Assembly: GCA_965603825.1 (NCBI GenBank)
Contig: CBFDEM010000030.1
Span: 496,001 to 560,000 of the forward strand
Source: Blepharisma stoltei ATCC 30299
Lineage: Eukaryota; Protista; Ciliophora
Length of the DNA: 64,000 nucleotides
Reading direction: 5' to 3'
Below the pieces are notes generated by a model. The model was not told where the DNA came from. It worked only from the letters and a program-made list of their open reading frames with translations, and made no database searches. The position numbers were made by a program, and so were the translations under genes. Position 1 is the first letter of the stretch, and each line of letters starts with the position of its first letter. Shown one piece after another: positions 63,245 through 64,000 of this stretch.

Positions 63245-64000
63245 TTTAATATAATTTTAGCTATGGAATTTTAGAAGAATTTCTTGAAATAAGCAATTCA
63301 AGTATATAGAAATTTTATAAGCAAGATGCTATAAAAATGAATTTAGATAGCAGTAGATAATTTTCTGTTGAGTTAAAACTAAAAATATAAAGATTTAAAT
63401 CTAAGGAAAAGAAAGTTATCTAAAGAATGGTAAGATTTTCTATATAATTTATATTATATTTCAGTAGCAGTATTACTAAAAAGAATTTTTATAATATTTG
63501 TTTAGCATAAAAATATTCATAAGTAAACACTTTTAAATTGAATATAAGTTTTATAAACAAATTATGACAGCAAAATAAATTCGATTATTTAGAATAATAA
63601 TCTTGAACTAAATAATTATTCACAAATCATATATAGAATAACTAAATTTAAATCATGATTGAGATTTTATTTTATAGCAAGGACTATTATAAATATCTCT
63701 ATGTGCTAAAAATGACAAGTTAACCTCAGCAGGCTAAAATTAACAATATCCGAGTTTATAAGAAGATTAATTTGTAGTTTTATATTTTCATCTGCTTTTA
63801 TTAATGTTCATAACAGAAAAGTATTTCATAATATCATTCTTCTGAATTATATCAAAAAAGGCTTATTTTTTTAAATCATATTTTAGGCAATAAATAAGTT
63901 TACTTAAATTATAAAAGAAGTTATATATCTTATCATTATAATTAAACATTAGATATCAGGTATTCTTTTAGTTTCAAATTATTCTTACACCTCTCTTATT

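Noticed and set aside
63245-64000. Telomere, IES or transposon in the AT-rich right end; CRISPR or mobile elements anywhere in the window
   Set aside because: No telomeric repeats, terminal inverted repeats, transposase/RT motifs or repeat-spacer arrays were seen.

Overview
Gene-dense, AT-rich eukaryotic DNA that looks like the macronuclear genome of a heterotrich ciliate (Blepharisma-like). UGA encodes Trp: in-frame TGA sits at invariant Trp positions of C2, ankyrin, BEACH and WD40 motifs, and every reconstructed gene ends in TAA or TAG. Introns are tiny 15-nt GT...AG elements with an A at position 10. The supplied standard-code ORF track therefore fragments many genes. Re-read with UGA=Trp and the introns removed, the window holds about 33 protein-coding genes. 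These include mitochondrial EF-Tu, copine, a TEP1/p80-type TROVE protein, a Slo/BK-like K+ channel, an SLC35F6-like transporter, a TPR protein, a DHHC palmitoyltransferase, a SUN protein, a sorting nexin, two TmcB/C-like PAS membrane proteins, START, ankyrin, ALDH6A1, FHA, a FAN-like BEACH protein, PGK, MFS, an Aurora-like kinase, an HSL-like lipase, a USP34/24-like deubiquitinase and a RING E3. There is a clear U5 snRNA gene at about 61866-61980. The most interesting feature is an unassigned, highly structured ~190-nt GC-rich element with an snRNA-type upstream element, lying directly upstream of the TROVE/p80 gene. It is a candidate vault/Y-like RNA or a variant U1-like snRNA. All calls come from manual reading; no searches or folding programs were run.
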